64,000 nt of DNA. Origin: Moniliella sp. 'wahieum'. Its lineage: Eukaryota. This document shows, in pieces, positions 50,601 to 63,550 of this stretch (positions are counted from its first letter, which is position 1; every line of letters starts with the position of its first letter). Under the pieces are notes generated by a model. It was not told where the DNA came from, ran no database searches, and saw only the letters and a program-made list of their open reading frames with translations. The position numbers and the translations under genes are program-made. The stretch is from NCBI GenBank assembly GCA_003971905.1, contig RSEE01000152.1:1-64000 (forward strand), in the 5' to 3' direction.

Positions 50601-51012
50601 CACCTCTTGGTACGCCCCGACTATGAAGAACTTGGGCATTTCTCAGAACTTGGCACGCCCAGCTGGAGCCAGTTTGAAGTGGCCGAACGAGATGGCTGTG
50701 GACCATGTGCGGGTGTACCAAGAGCCCGAAAGACCAATGTGGGATGTGATCCGCACGACTTCCCCACCAAGGATTACATTAACCGCCAATTGAAGCGTAC
50801 ACCAACCCCAACCTAACCCTGTGGGGCAACACGGCAAGCGAGGGCGGGTACGGCCAACCGTGGCCGCGCAACCGTCTGTATCCGGGGGGTGCAATGCGCC
50901 TTCTTCCACCTACCCGGGCAGTCCATTGGCCAAGCTGGCTGAAGCACCTAGCTATCCGTCCTGGGAAATCGATCCCAACGATGCCAACTGCGCGGTTCCC
51001 AACAGCACCTGA
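47668..51012 (+). CDS. KRE6: Kre6/Skn1 GH16 beta-1,6-glucan synthesis protein
   Basis: DDGLHDP, TM RGVVNLG.., [73 protein letters not shown]; several introns. Confidence 0.95.
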
Positions 51013-52116
51013 TCCCTCGTCTCGCACTTTTGTATCCAGGATGCACCTCTTGATATCCCCCCCCCCCCGCCCTCCTCCTTTCCCCCTTTCCACCGCCTGG
51101 CAGGATTTTCACCCCTCAGGAAAATGCCAAGACGAGCAGTGGTCCCCTGAGCGCCTGTGGGCGCCTGAGCTGCTCTGCGCCGAATCTTCATGTCATATCT
51201 TCGTTGCTACCCCTCCCTGTTCAGTCTCCGCCACTCTGATCCCGCCCCGTTCGCCTCGTTTTATGGTACCCCATTTTGGTTCTTCTGTTCATTCATCCAT
51301 CCGCTACCTGTCTGATCTACCTCGAGCGTTTTCGCAATCGCATATCTAACCACCGAGGAAACGAGATGGAAACTGGGCCATGCATATCATATGGCCAATA
51401 CATAACTACGTTTCTAGCAGATCGGGATATAGATGGGGAAAGTGGTACACAGGCGAGCCGCTTTTTGCCACTCTACTGCCTCTATCAATAGAGTGGAAAA
51501 AAATCCAAGCCCGCGTTCACGTCACTCCGTCGGGTTGGTTGCCTTGACGAGTTTTGAGCCCAGGCAAAAGCCTTGCTTGACGCGGTCGTCTTTCTCGCCT
51601 TTATGCTGGACAACATGGCAGGTTTTGTCCCCACGTCTTCTCGCAACGCTAATGTAACGAGGGGACTGGGCGGGGCGGGGCGAGGGCGGGGGTGATATAT
51701 CTCTCGATTATTGATTGGTGATCTTCTTTCCATCAACTGATGCATCGACGAGACCAGGCCCGCCCACTCACGGACAGATGCTACATTGAAGGGGCGGTGC
51801 TAATCAAGCTCCAAGTGGATGTCACTATCGTGGCATGTGGAAAAAACACAGGACTGGCAAATGAGAACAAACTACTATACTATGCACACCCTCAACACAG
51901 ATCTCCTTACTCAAAAGAGCCCCCAAAGAGTGCAAAAGTATATCAACATAAACCATCAAACGTCAAGTCGTAATAACAAAGTACTGGCTCCAAACTCCCG
52001 TTCACGTCGTAAGGAGCAGCCTTCGTCGTGCGTACAGTATGCCACCCATCCATCATCATATGACCGATCGGTTGTGCTTGGACGTTTTTGGGAGGGCTCG
52101 AGACGTATCGGTGTGG

Positions 52117-55006
52117 TCACAAGTCCATCCACCAACTTCGCCCGCCCGGGTTCATAAATGCGGTCATGTTGGTTTTGACCCGTGTCACAACGGGTGCGAT
52201 GGACGCCTGGCCGAGGGAAGGACTAAGTACGACATTCCCGCTGCTCGTGCCGTTTTCGCGGGGGTACGGTCAAGCCCGCAGAGGGCATCCGGGGCAACGA
52301 GACGCCCAACGGGGAGCCAGCCATGGCTGCAGAGTCGGGGTGATAGGCCGCAGGCAAAGCCGGTGTAGCAGGGGCGTTTTGGAATACACTCGAGCTGCGT
52401 TCACCTCTCAATGCTGGGGTGGGGTGCTGTCAACCGAGAGGGGCAAGACATATCCATATCCATGTCCAGGAAGAGGCAAGTCGAGTCCCGTACCTGAACC
52501 TGTACCTGTACCGCTCCGGCCAGATGGTGTGACACCCCCCTGTGCTGCCGGAAGTGGTAGGAACGTTTCGGCGTACCATTCGTACCACACTCTCCGCTCC
52601 ATCGTCATTCGCCACATGTGTACGTCCAGCTCGCAGTTGGGGGGAGCGTAGAGCGGGGCAGAAAAGGGAAGAAGAGGGGAGGCCAAGAGGTGAGTCCTGC
52701 TGTTGCCTGTCCGGGATCTGGGTGGGTACTAAGGCCAATATCGCCATAAAGACGGGCTTCAAAGTATCCTACCAAGCCATGCACCACCGAGGCAAGCGGG
52801 AGGTAAAACGTGAGTGCGGTGGTACGAACGTTGGCCGAATTGTTCAACGGCAGTCCTGAGCCTTCGTCGAGCGGTACGGGCGATCGCGTTGGACTAAATT
52901 GAAAGTCCCAAGCCCGCTGGATGGGGGCCCAACCACCACGTCCGCCTAACGCGGCAGGGTAGCCAGGTTGGTTTGCAAGAACAGCGTAGGGTGTCTCGAG
53001 GGCATCACGTTCGTAGCCCTTCTGTCGCAGGGACTTCGCATGGGCACTCTTGGCTCTTGAGTAAGGTGAGGGGAGGTGACAGGGGTCACGAAATTGCCGA
53101 CGAACGAAGGAATGAAGATCCCATCAGCTAAAGAGAAAGGGGTGAAACATGTCAGTGAATAAACCACACAGCCTCTCGCATACCACGGTCACAGCCTGGG
53201 ACAGATACCTGAGCAACATACCTTTGAGAAACCGTTTGGCTCCATCCAGCATCTCGGGACCCAACGTATTGTCACCAAACGAGCCCAACAGCTCCGAAAC
53301 GATCAGATCAGCTTTATCATTGTCACGAGGTAATGGAGGCAACAAGCGCAGATCGCCATTCAGGATCGTGACGCGCTCGATCCCCCACTCGTTGGCCCGC
53401 CGGTCCTGCAACACACACCGCATGAGGGTTGTTCTCTACGGCGGTTACATGTACCTGGACATGACTGCGCCAGGACGCAGCCAGACATCGGGCCACCAAC
53501 GCTCCCCTTCCTGCCCCACACACCCAGATCCGGATCCCGTGCTTTCGCCCCGTGGCAGCAAAGTCCAGGAGCGCAGCGGCCACGGCATCCTCGTAGAGAT
53601 TGTACTTAACTTAACTATCCCGTTCTTGTATGGCATACGTGCTGGAAGTACAGGGATCCAGCAAGGGTTGGAGCGGGGCTTGGAGCTTGTTGGTGGTATG
53701 CGTGAGCGTCAATGCATCGAGATCATGGGTCAAGGTGGTTGTGGTGATACGGGCAAAATGCTTAATATAGGTGAGGTAGGCGTCGCTGCCTCCGCGGGTA
53801 TGCTCGGGGGGAGGGTATGCGTCTCGGAGAGGAGGATTCTCGGTTTTTGGGGGAAGACGGAACGAAGCAAACCTGGGCCGCCTTGCTTAGGACAGGAAAG
53901 CCCTTGGCATTGCTCATGAACGAAGAAGCAGGGATGGACAGTCCTGCAACAGGTTCTGATGCCCAGCGGCCCAAGACGCGGCGTTGAACGGGCAAGGGCG
54001 CTCGTAGATCGAGCAGAACCTTGACTCTTGGGTTCTGCCGGCACACATCCTGGATTGTGCTCCAGGTTTCCCATGCCCAGTCGTCATCCACCCGTCTCAA
54101 CACGGCGGCCGACTTGCCCGACGGTTGGGGCGGTTCCCTAGCCAATTTCCGAGCCAGCCGATGAGGACTGGTGATGGGAAGGGAGATTAGGAGCGACATG
54201 GTTGTCCAGCAGCGGGACTGGTACTTGAGCCGAGGCAAGTTTCAAAGCAAGCTGCCACGGTCCGAGCATAAAAGGGGAGGAACCTCCTTCGTTCTGGATC
54301 GCTTGAAGGAGCCGGAAGTACCACAGCAGGCGCATTGAGTGGGCAGCATAGGCCACTTCCTGTATCAGGGCCAGCTCTGCGTCAGACGCATGCCTTCGTC
54401 CGCCGCATCGAGTTCGAGCCATGGACTGAGAAGAAGCGTGACGTCAGAGGCTGCCTCGGAGGTGGTGAGGGTAACCTCGTCGTTGCGAAATGCAGGGTTG
54501 GCGCGCCAAAGCTCCGCTTGGCGTACAATGGGGGTTGGGCGGCGTCCGGCCTACTGCTGCCCCGCCGGCCAAGTTGAGGCGGGAGGAGCTCAGCACCATA
54601 CCGCTCGACCCGGGATCGGGGGCTTCAATGCACATACGTTCCCAGCGCTGTCTCCACTGCGGGGTGGTGAGGTCAGTGGCGACAAAGGAGTAACCTTCGG
54701 CACGTGCAGCAGAGCTAGAGCTCGGGGCCGGGGGGAGGTGGGCGTGGACAGGATCAGGCGTAGAGCCCGGAGATGGAGGCATTGCTGGGGAGACATCGTC
54801 GAGCGTCTCGAGCAAGCGAGCGCAGGGGGAGCGGCGCCGCGCCGGGGGCGAGCGGCGGATGGGGGCGCTGGCCAACGAGGCCCCGGGTACGTAGACGCCA
54901 CTGGCAGGGCACCCCGTCGCCCATGAGGAAACGAGGAGAGTTGGTGGCGCGGTAAACGAAAGAGGTCGGGGGGCAATGCGAGAGGGATGGGGGGGAGGCA
55001 GGCCAT
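52117..55006 (-). CDS. HSL7: Type II arginine methyltransferase PRMT5/Hsl7/Skb1 orthologue with a divergent active site
   Basis: [77 protein letters not shown]-terminal [11 protein letters not shown]. Confidence 0.92.
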
Positions 55007-56557
55007 AGGGAGCTTAGCACTCGCTACTAGTCTTGCTGTGCGCTGATGCGGAGCCTTCAAGCGTCAAATGCGTAAACGTCTAGTAGCCGCGAGGGGAAGC
55101 TGGCGCAAAAATCAAGCAAGCCACAAGTTGGAGGAATAAATCAGGTCGGCAAGGAATGATAGCAAGTTGAACTCGCGTTGACCAACAACTGCTGGCCCAC
55201 TGTTGAGGTATTATAGGAAGAGTTGGGGTAGCAGAAGAGAAGAGAAGAGAATCACAGCACGTGTACTTGATTGTGCCATCGTCTTCAACGCCAACAAAGT
55301 AACAAGGTTAGCACGTACCTTCTCCAGCTTCACATTCTCACTACACTATTCACATGTTCAAAGGCGAAAGTATCTCCACCCGGTCTTTTCTGCATCTGTC
55401 CCCGATCAACCGATATTTCGATGACAAGACTGACACAGGACTCAGTTGAGAACAGTAGAGTTACTACTTATTAGTCACTCGATCACGATGCCCTTCCGCA
55501 GCAGCTCCAACGTTCAACGTTCTTTTTCAACATAATATGTCGCAGCTCCCCCCCGGCGGCCACAAGAAAAAGAATGCGATACTAGACTTTTGTTTGTTGT
55601 TTCGCAAGCTTTTCATGGGTTTTTCATACACCATGGATGGATCAACATGTGTACTGGTTGCGGATACATATCGATACTCTCCGGCCCGGCGTGGCGAAGA
55701 AAACAAAAGTAGTGCTTGCGCGGGGATGCCGTGAGAACCCCCCTTTCAAAAGTCGCTTGCCCAGCTACATGCAGCATGTCAAGAAACGCCCAGGAACACC
55801 CTCTCCTTGATCGATCCACCTCTTCTTCCAGCGTTGAACACGGACTTTGAACGCTGAACGACTGAACATCGACGACGTTGACGTGGATAGTAATGCTAAA
55901 AGCGCTAATAAATAATCGATGAAGATTAATGACATGTGGCATTGTGTGACATGGACAATGATCTGGAGCCGACGACAATGCCACAATAGCCCCGCCGCAG
56001 CCCCACATGTAACATGTAACCCCTTGTAGCCTTGTAGCCCTTGTAGCCCCTTGTAGCCCCCATCATACGCATCATCCATCACATGGAGAGACGGACATGG
56101 TGTGGGACATGGCGCCACGGACTGTATACATACCAGCTGACAGCGTCTCTCTTACAGCTTCCCACCCTCTAAAGATCCAACCGTTGAGAGCTAAGAACGC
56201 CCTCAGTATACTCAGTACTTAGCTGGGAGTGCTGACATCCAAAATGCCTTGCGAGAGGAGCTAACTACCGTGCCTGCTGGTTGTCCGCATTGTGGGTCTC
56301 ACATATATCAGAGGCTCAATAGTTAAACGTTCCGCGTTATAGTGCGAACATCCCAAGATACGCTTACTAGGTCACTAGGTCACTAGCCCCTGCGCCGCCC
56401 TGCGCCGCCCTCGAAAACAGGTTATTAATCACTCTTCGCTGCTCTCCGCACCTCAGAATCCTCCCAGAGTTTTCCGGTGGGGCCAAAAGCAGGTACGAGA
56501 AACCAAGACAATACATATGTACGAGCACTTGCACGTACAAAAAGTGGGTTTGGCCTT

Positions 56558-56588
<31 letters not shown>

Positions 56589-57435
56589 GTTACCCATTAG
56601 GCCTTAGGCCTAACCTTAGGCCTTAGGGGCTCCGGGCAGCTTTTTCATACTTAATACGTATAGTATAACGCACTTAGCACTAAGGCTTAGCTCCACACCG
56701 AATCGCTCGCGTTAGGCGTTCGCGTTTTATGCCTTTTAGATTTTTTCGACCTTTGGCCGGCCTTAGGCTTTTTAGGCCTTTGGCGTTACGCGTTTCACTT
56801 TATTAACGAAAGTAAGCATCCACCCTCTCCGGAAGCTCTCCAAAAGCCCCCATCACACATTTCGTAGTAATAGTATACGGTCTCTGGCCTCCTTTGGTCG
56901 GATTAGTAGCCGGAGGTCGCCGGCCAGGCGCCGCCAGGAATGCTGTTTTGCAGTCTAGTGATGCATGATGCATGATGAACGAGCGATCAATGTTTCTTCC
57001 CAGCCTGCCTAGCCGAGAGCTTCCTCCGCCATGCAGCTCCAACGTCCAACGTCCAACATCCAACGCGCACCACCTCGCTTCCGGATGATTCATTGATTAG
57101 CTTCTGGACCGTCGTGTCCATTATGAATTACCGGTTACCGGTTACCCTTTGCCTCTCAGTCAACACAGTATGTCAATACTCCGCGTCATATTATGAGTGA
57201 GAATACTCGCACACTCAAAGTACTAGTCGAGGTGAGTACGTTGAATACCAATGTTGAGTAATATACTACGTACCCTACCGGAAGACCGAGCTCTGAAGAA
57301 ACTAGAAGATCCGCTTGATTGGTGTCCTTTTGCCATCAGTGAGAAGGTTTGCCCCGCTTCCACATCTTCAGTCTTGCCTCCACCACCGGCACCCTGCACT
57401 ACAGAACACCTGAGCCAGTAAAACAGCCGATTCCT

Positions 57436-57505
57436 GCTGTGTCCGCCGTGTCAGCCGTATCAGCCGTATCAGCCGTATCAGCCGTATCAGCCGTATCAGC
57501 CGTGT
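57436..57505. repeat. 9-bp tandem repeat (TCAGCCGTA)n, about 7 copies
   Basis: Directly visible. Confidence 0.9.
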
Positions 57506-58099
57506 GCCGGACCCAACGCCATGTGGGCTTAGCTAGTATACGACCCTACCTTCCCGCCCGGCCCGGCTGCACATGCGACCGCACCTCAAGTGTCCGATGG
57601 GGACGAAGGACGAAGGACGAAGGTTGTCTCCCCATCGATCATCGACCGTCACCCACCTTTGTTCCCTCTCAATCGCATCAGTCAGCACCGTTTTACTTTC
57701 CCCCTGGTGAGCGACGTGGCGTACTAATGCATACTTGAACGATGATCGATGCGCAAGGGAAGGAAAAGGAAGGGAAGGCAAGGGAAGGGAAGAAAAATCA
57801 ACTTGAACCCGCTCGAGAAGAGGAAAGTAGGTCCGTGGCGTGGCCCGTGCAGCGCAGGTCCAGGCGGAAGGTCAATCCGAGCCTGCAGTCGCAATCCTTC
57901 AGTCGCAGCCTTCAGTCGCAAGCCTTCAGTCGCAAGCCTCGGATGCGCGAGGTGGGATATGGGATATGGGACGTCGGGGACCGCGGGGCAGCACGGGACA
58001 GAACAGCAAGACCCCAAAGTACGGACGGATCAACCGGAGGGACGATCGATGAGGCATGAGGCTGGAACGCATCCGGGTTGTGACAAGCCCATTCATTTC

Positions 58100-60966
58100 T
58101 CAGGTACGCGCGAGGGGGGAAGGGTTAATCAAGTTGGGGAAGTATCGTGGGGCCGACTTGAACCCCGGTGGTCCGTCGTCCCGGACCAAGAGACCCAATT
58201 GGACCGTGGCTTCCTCCACCAGCGCAGCGACAAGCGGGATGGGGACCTGTTCTTCCCCTGCTATATTGTACCACACTTGCCCCACTCGCCTGGGGCGGAA
58301 GTACAGGGTTGGAACTCGAATCGCCTTGTTGGGAAGGTGATGCCTCACCGTGCACCTGGACTTGCTCCTGAACGTGCTGAGCGTGCTGCAGGAGCTGCGA
58401 ACGGGGAAGGGCAGAGCTTGGTCGACGCAAGAGTCTGCGGGCGGTGCGACGAGCGAATGCCAAGGTGGTAAAGCGGGGCGTATGGAGCACCGCTACGCCC
58501 GGTGCGGAACCGAGGATACGAAGTTGAATAGGGGGCAAGGTGACGCGCGCCAAGAGCGGGGCGACTTGGCGCAAAGTAGCTGGTGAAACCAAAGCGATCC
58601 CGCGCGCTCGGTTCCATACTGCCCATGTCTCGTCCAGCGGCATGATCCCACGTCCCAAAGGAGGGCGAGTACGGCGACGAGGACGGGGACGGGGTAGCGG
58701 AGATTGGTTCCCTTGTTCCTCAGTTGTCTCTCGGTCGTCGACGTCCTCTTACTTCCGCCTATCATCATCATCATCTTCTTCTTCCCTCTTGGTCTTGGTC
58801 TTGGTCTTCGGCCGAGCTGGTTTGGGCCGCCGATGCGATGTGGGAGGTAGAACGTTGCTGCAGCTCCGCAACGCGGGGTCCATCCCCCCACTCCCTGCGA
58901 CCGGGGGTCCACGACCGTACCTTGGCACAACAGACCATGGACCAACAACCCACCCAGTTCACGTGCCAATTCCGAGTGGTACACCAACTCGTCCGCAGCC
59001 TCTTCAGCGGTGACAGCGGGTGCGGGCAAGCCGAGTTTGACCAAGCTGCTACGGAGCAAACTGGTGGTTTGTTGAGTGTATCTGAAGCCGTTTTGTCCGG
59101 TGCAGCACGCGCTTCCTGTTTGGCCAACTTGACCGACAAGGTTTCTGCCAACTGGACCATCTGTGCGGCCCGGGTCATGAGTGCTTCCAAATCGCGCAAC
59201 GCGTCGCCTACGTCTTCTCGTTCGGCTTGGGCAACGTCCTGTGCGGCGCGCAGGACCATCTGGGTGGGAACAGAGTGTTAGCTAACCCCCCCCATTAGAT
59301 GGGTAGGTACGGTGGAGATACGGGACAGGTAAAAGGACAAGGCCCGGGAGGAAAATGAGGCCAAGTACCACAGTACCACAGTACCACGTAACAGTACCAC
59401 AGTAAAGTACCACAGTAGTACCACAGTACACAGTACACAGACACAGTACCACAGTACCACAGTACCACAATACCACAGTACCACAGTACCACAGTACCAC
59501 AGTACCACAGTACCACAGTACCACAGTACCACAGTACACAGTACCATAGTACCCAGGAGGGGCAAAGAGGAAAAGAGGACACGAGCAAGAAGGAAGGACC
59601 GGAGAACGAGAACGGAGAACGGGGGGAAGGACGTACTGATGCCCGCTTTGCGCATGTGGGTCGTGCGACCATCAATGTTGGCGCGGTGGAGCAGAGGTAC
59701 GTGGTCGAGCGCGCTGGGACCCATGCGCGAGCTTTCAGAGCCGCTTTGAGTTCGGCATAACAATCTTTATCCCCGCCGAGAGGAAGCTGAGCTTGATGTA
59801 GTCGACCCGCTGGGCTGGTGGGGCTGGTGGGGCTGTCGGAACAGCCGGGACAGCCGGGACAGCCGGGACAGAGGGGGCAGCAGACAGGCCAAGGGGGGAG
59901 GACGATCCAGGTCCGGAGAGAGCTAGAGGACGTAGTGGTACCGTTATCTTGTCTCCTTGGAGCGAGGGTAGGGGTGGAAGCAAAGGCAGCCGGTGGTGGA
60001 GCAGGTTCGTTGGACACGAGAGACCTTGGACAGGAGGTAAAGACACGGTGGCTAAATTTGATCCGCACATCTCACAGGCCACCATGGCCGGGTGGTTGCT
60101 AAACGTGCACACGGGGCAGGACAGTCCGCCGGCCTCGTTGGGGAAGGGGCCCCGGCCGGGGGGACGAGTGGGGGCGGGGAGGTAGGTGGCGGGGTGGCAA
60201 GGGGCGTAAGAGAGCGCAAGGGCGTGCGGGTGCGGGAGGGGACGTTGCGCGGGGGTGGTGTGGCGGGTGCGCTGCGTGTGAGAGGGCGAGTGTGGGTGGG
60301 GGTGTGGGTGCGGCCCAGCGGACTGGCCTGGGCCGGACGCGGCACACCACACAGCCCACAAGCCGATCCGGTCGTGTTGGCGAACCCGCACACACGGCAG
60401 ACCCACGTTGTCGGCGCCTGCACCGTCTCGCGATCGGCAGCAGCAGGCGCACGCAGCGACAAGACCGGCGGCGACGGAGGCGTCGAGACGGGCAGCGACT
60501 CGGTGGAGCGCACCGACGCAATGCCCACCCTGCGGATGGCGGTGGGGAGCGCGGTGGGGCGCATGGCAGGAGCGGATGCGGATGCAGATGCAGATGCAGA
60601 TATGGATGTGGATGTGGATGTGGATGCAGATACGGGCGCAAGCGTGGGGACCGAGGCGGCGGCCGAGCCCGGGGCGGGTCGGAGCACAAGCGTGATCTTG
60701 GCCGAGGAGCGGAGGAAGCCGGCGTAGTATTCGGACATGTGCACCAGCTCGAGCGGGAGCGCACAGCTGTGGGAGAGCGGCTGGGCATCGTCGACGTAGA
60801 GCAGGCGGTGGCTGGTGAGGTAGAGGGTGCCGGCCTGGCGGTCGGGGACCTTGGTCTTGCCCTGGTACAGGCCGACGCCCGCGACGAGCGTCAGGACCTG
60901 CTCCTCGGGGCCGAGCACGGCGCCCACCGAGGACGGCGTAACCTCGAGCGGCACGAAGCGGTCCAT
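58100..60966 (-). CDS. VPS36: ESCRT-II subunit Vps36 (GLUE domain with two NZF zinc fingers + winged-helix C-terminus)
   Basis: VGLYQGKTK...GTLYLTSHRL.YVD, GFLRSSAKI, WVCRVC..N..CGLCG, CPVCTFSNHP..ACEMCG, YIKLSF..GG, DALRDLEALM, YHSELAREL, WNRARGIALVSP; intron 59260-59636. Confidence 0.95.
59364..59553. repeat. Intronic 8-bp tandem repeat (AGTACCAC)n, about 20 or more copies
   Basis: Directly visible within the VPS36 intron. Confidence 0.95.
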
Positions 60967-61359
60967 CGCTCACAGGGAGGGGATGGGATGGGATGGGACG
61001 GATGGGACGGAGGGCGGGGCGTCGATGGCGATGGGACGAGGACTGTGGGAGATGGCGAATGGCACTGAGTACTGATGACAGCTGGCCGATAGCATCACGT
61101 GCCCGGTGCAGCCGACGCGTGGGCTGCAATATCGCACCCTCACCGGTCACCCCAGGGTTACCCCCTGAGCCTCTCCGCGCAGCCTCAGCCGCCGCCGTGG
61201 TGACGTCACACCCTCCCCGCCCGCCCGCACGGGGGCAGCCGGGGCAGGCTTATGTCATGCCATGGCATGTCATCTGGGCTGAGACGCCGCGCAGCTCCTT
61301 GTGCCCTCCGCCGCTCTACCATCGACCATCCCGCGTGCATCTTCAGAGCACTTGCCGCC

Positions 61360-62517
61360 ATGCCCTCCTACCCCCCGCCCGACGCGCCTCCGCCGCATAC
61401 AACCCCATCGACCCCAACCACGCTGCGCCCACTGGCGGATACGCGCCGCCCAGCCACCCCCCGCCTCCCGCTGCCCCGCCGCCTACCCGCCCTCGGGCTA
61501 CCCGCCGGCCTCCAGTCTGGGCTACCCCCCCGGCTTCCAGTCAGGGCTACCCTCCCGCTCAAGGCGGCTACCCCCCGGCCTCGGCTCAAGGCTACCCCCC
61601 GGCCTCGGCTCAAGGCTACCCCCCCTCGTCTCAAGCTACCCCCCGGCCTCGTCTCAAGGCGGCTACCCTCCCGCCTCGTCTCAATACCCCCCCCTGCGCC
61701 TCCCCCGTCCGTGGCGCCCGCAGCGCCGGGCAAGTCGCCATCCCAATTCGGCATGAGCGGCGGCATTGCCGACACGGTGCGGAGCCACAGTGTGAATGCG
61801 AGTGGAGGGCCGTCTGCGCGGTACACGGAGGATCCACTGGACTTGCTCAAGACGTTTGACACGTGTTGATTGTGGATGACAGTGGGTCGATGCAGTTGAC
61901 GCGGGAGGCTGGTGGACCAAGTCGGTGGGAAAAGCGCGGGACGCGTTAGCTGGGATGGTGACGTTGGTCAAGGACAAAGATCCGGATGGGGTGGACGTAC
62001 ATTTCCTCAATTCGCCACGGCACTTGGTTTCCTGTACGGATCCGGCAGCTGTGCGCGCGTTGTTCGATTCGGTCGTGCCGGATGGCGCGACGCCTACGGG
62101 GGCCAAGATCGAAGAGCTGATGATGGAGTATTGGATGCGATCGAGATTGCCAAGCAGGCCAAGGCGACCGGTCGACCTCTTCCCGAAGGATTTGTCGAGC
62201 CGCGTAAACGCAACTACCTCATTCTGACCGATGGTGCCGCAACGGACGATGTGGAGGAAGTGATGTATCGATTGCGCGACGCTTGGACCAGAACCACTTT
62301 CCTCCTCTTCGCAGCTTGGCTTCTCGTTTGTCCAAGTGGGCGACGATCAGCAAGCGACCGAGTTTCTCAAGGAACTGGACGATGCCATCTCCTCTGCCCA
62401 GGGCGTGCGGGACATTGTCGATACCACACCGGCCAGTGGCATGGCCTTGTCGTACGACTTGATCGTCAAGGCCCTCTTGGGGGCATCAACCGCCGCTTTG
62501 ACCGGCGCACCAATTAA
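61360..62517 (+). CDS. Fungal vWA-domain protein with N-terminal GYPP repeats
   Basis: MPSYPPP..(QGYPPASA)n, then EDPLDLLKTFDT.LIVDDSGSM (MIDAS DxSxS), DPDGVDVHFLN, GATPTG, ILTDG, VGDD..ATEFLKELDD, RDIVDT, LGGINRRFD. Confidence 0.85.
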
Positions 62518-62582
62518 AGTCACTAAATCCCACCCTTGGGAAACACACGTTTCCTCTCGTGTGAGTTGGAGTTTCCATTATC

Positions 62583-63298
62583 CTACCTTTTTTTCTTATG
62601 GGGTTTAGCCACCCCCCTCTCCCCCCCTGTCCCTCCTCGCTCGTACGCAGAGGCACTGGTAACCCACCATTTGGACTGCGCGATGGTGGCCATCCCATCC
62701 TCGCTTTGTGCCTTTGACGAAACTGGACTAGGATGTACCGAGAAGTCCGCTTGGTGGAATCGAGTAGAAAATGAGTTTTGCCTGTCCCGCCCACTGCAGC
62801 GCGGTAGACGGATACAGCGCGGAGATCGAGGCAGGCCAGAACAACCTCGCCCCACCACCGTGCTGAACGCTAAATAGAGCGGAAGCACACTACCTTGCAT
62901 AGTCCTTTGCTGCTCCGCTACTGCTCCTCGGTTAGGGGGATGGGTGTGCGGGTGCGTAGCGGTCCGTCTCGAGGGTCGTGATGGGCAGGGCCAAGGCTGC
63001 CGCGTGACGGGAGAGGAAGAGGGCTGCAATCCTACCGTAACACGAAGTGCTTCCGATCGAGGGTGCACGACAAACTAGGCCCACCTCGTGGGAACTATGC
63101 CGTAACTATACCATAACTACACCGTAACTGCACCGTCGGTTCAACGTGCGCACCACCGTGTGGTGGTGGTCGACGCACAAGTGGTACGTATATAGTGCCC
63201 GAGGGAGGTACGTGGTTGGTTGTTGGTTGTGCCACTTCCACCTCTACCTCGACTCCCACCTCTACCTCCACCTCCACCGCCACCTCCAACGGGGCCAT
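62583..63298 (-). CDS. Possible small hypothetical protein
   Basis: Minus-strand ORF fragments (MAPLEV..IYVPLVRRP; ..SKWWVTSASAYE..) converging on the vWA gene; no family recognised. Confidence 0.25.
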
Positions 63299-63424
63299 GT
63301 AAGCTATAGATGGAGTGGGCGGCCCGGGCGAGTCCGTAGCCCGAAACGGGTTCGTGGGCAGTGCGAGGGTGAGGGGTGAATCAGTAGGATCAATGTATGG
63401 AGGAACAAGAGCAAGGTCCGAGCG

Positions 63425-63550
63425 TGGGGATGGGGATGGAAATGGGTAGGAGAATGGGAATGGGAATGGAAATGTGAATGGGAATGGGAATGAGGATGGG
63501 AATGGGGATGGGGATGGGGATGGGGATGGGGATGGGAATGGGGATGGGAA
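63425..63550. repeat. (GGGAAT/GGGGAT)n hexamer microsatellite
   Basis: Directly visible. Confidence 0.9.

Noticed and set aside
59278..59763. ORFs with (YCGTVVLW)n repeats, or a CRISPR-like array
   Set aside because: Translation of an intronic 8-bp microsatellite; no unique spacers, no cas genes, eukaryotic context.
3572..62517. Mass pseudogenisation or programmed frameshifting of conserved genes
   Set aside because: 1-bp indels hit nearly every gene, including normally essential ones (e.g. POP5), often at homopolymers, while motifs stay intact. This is the signature of uncorrected long-read error.
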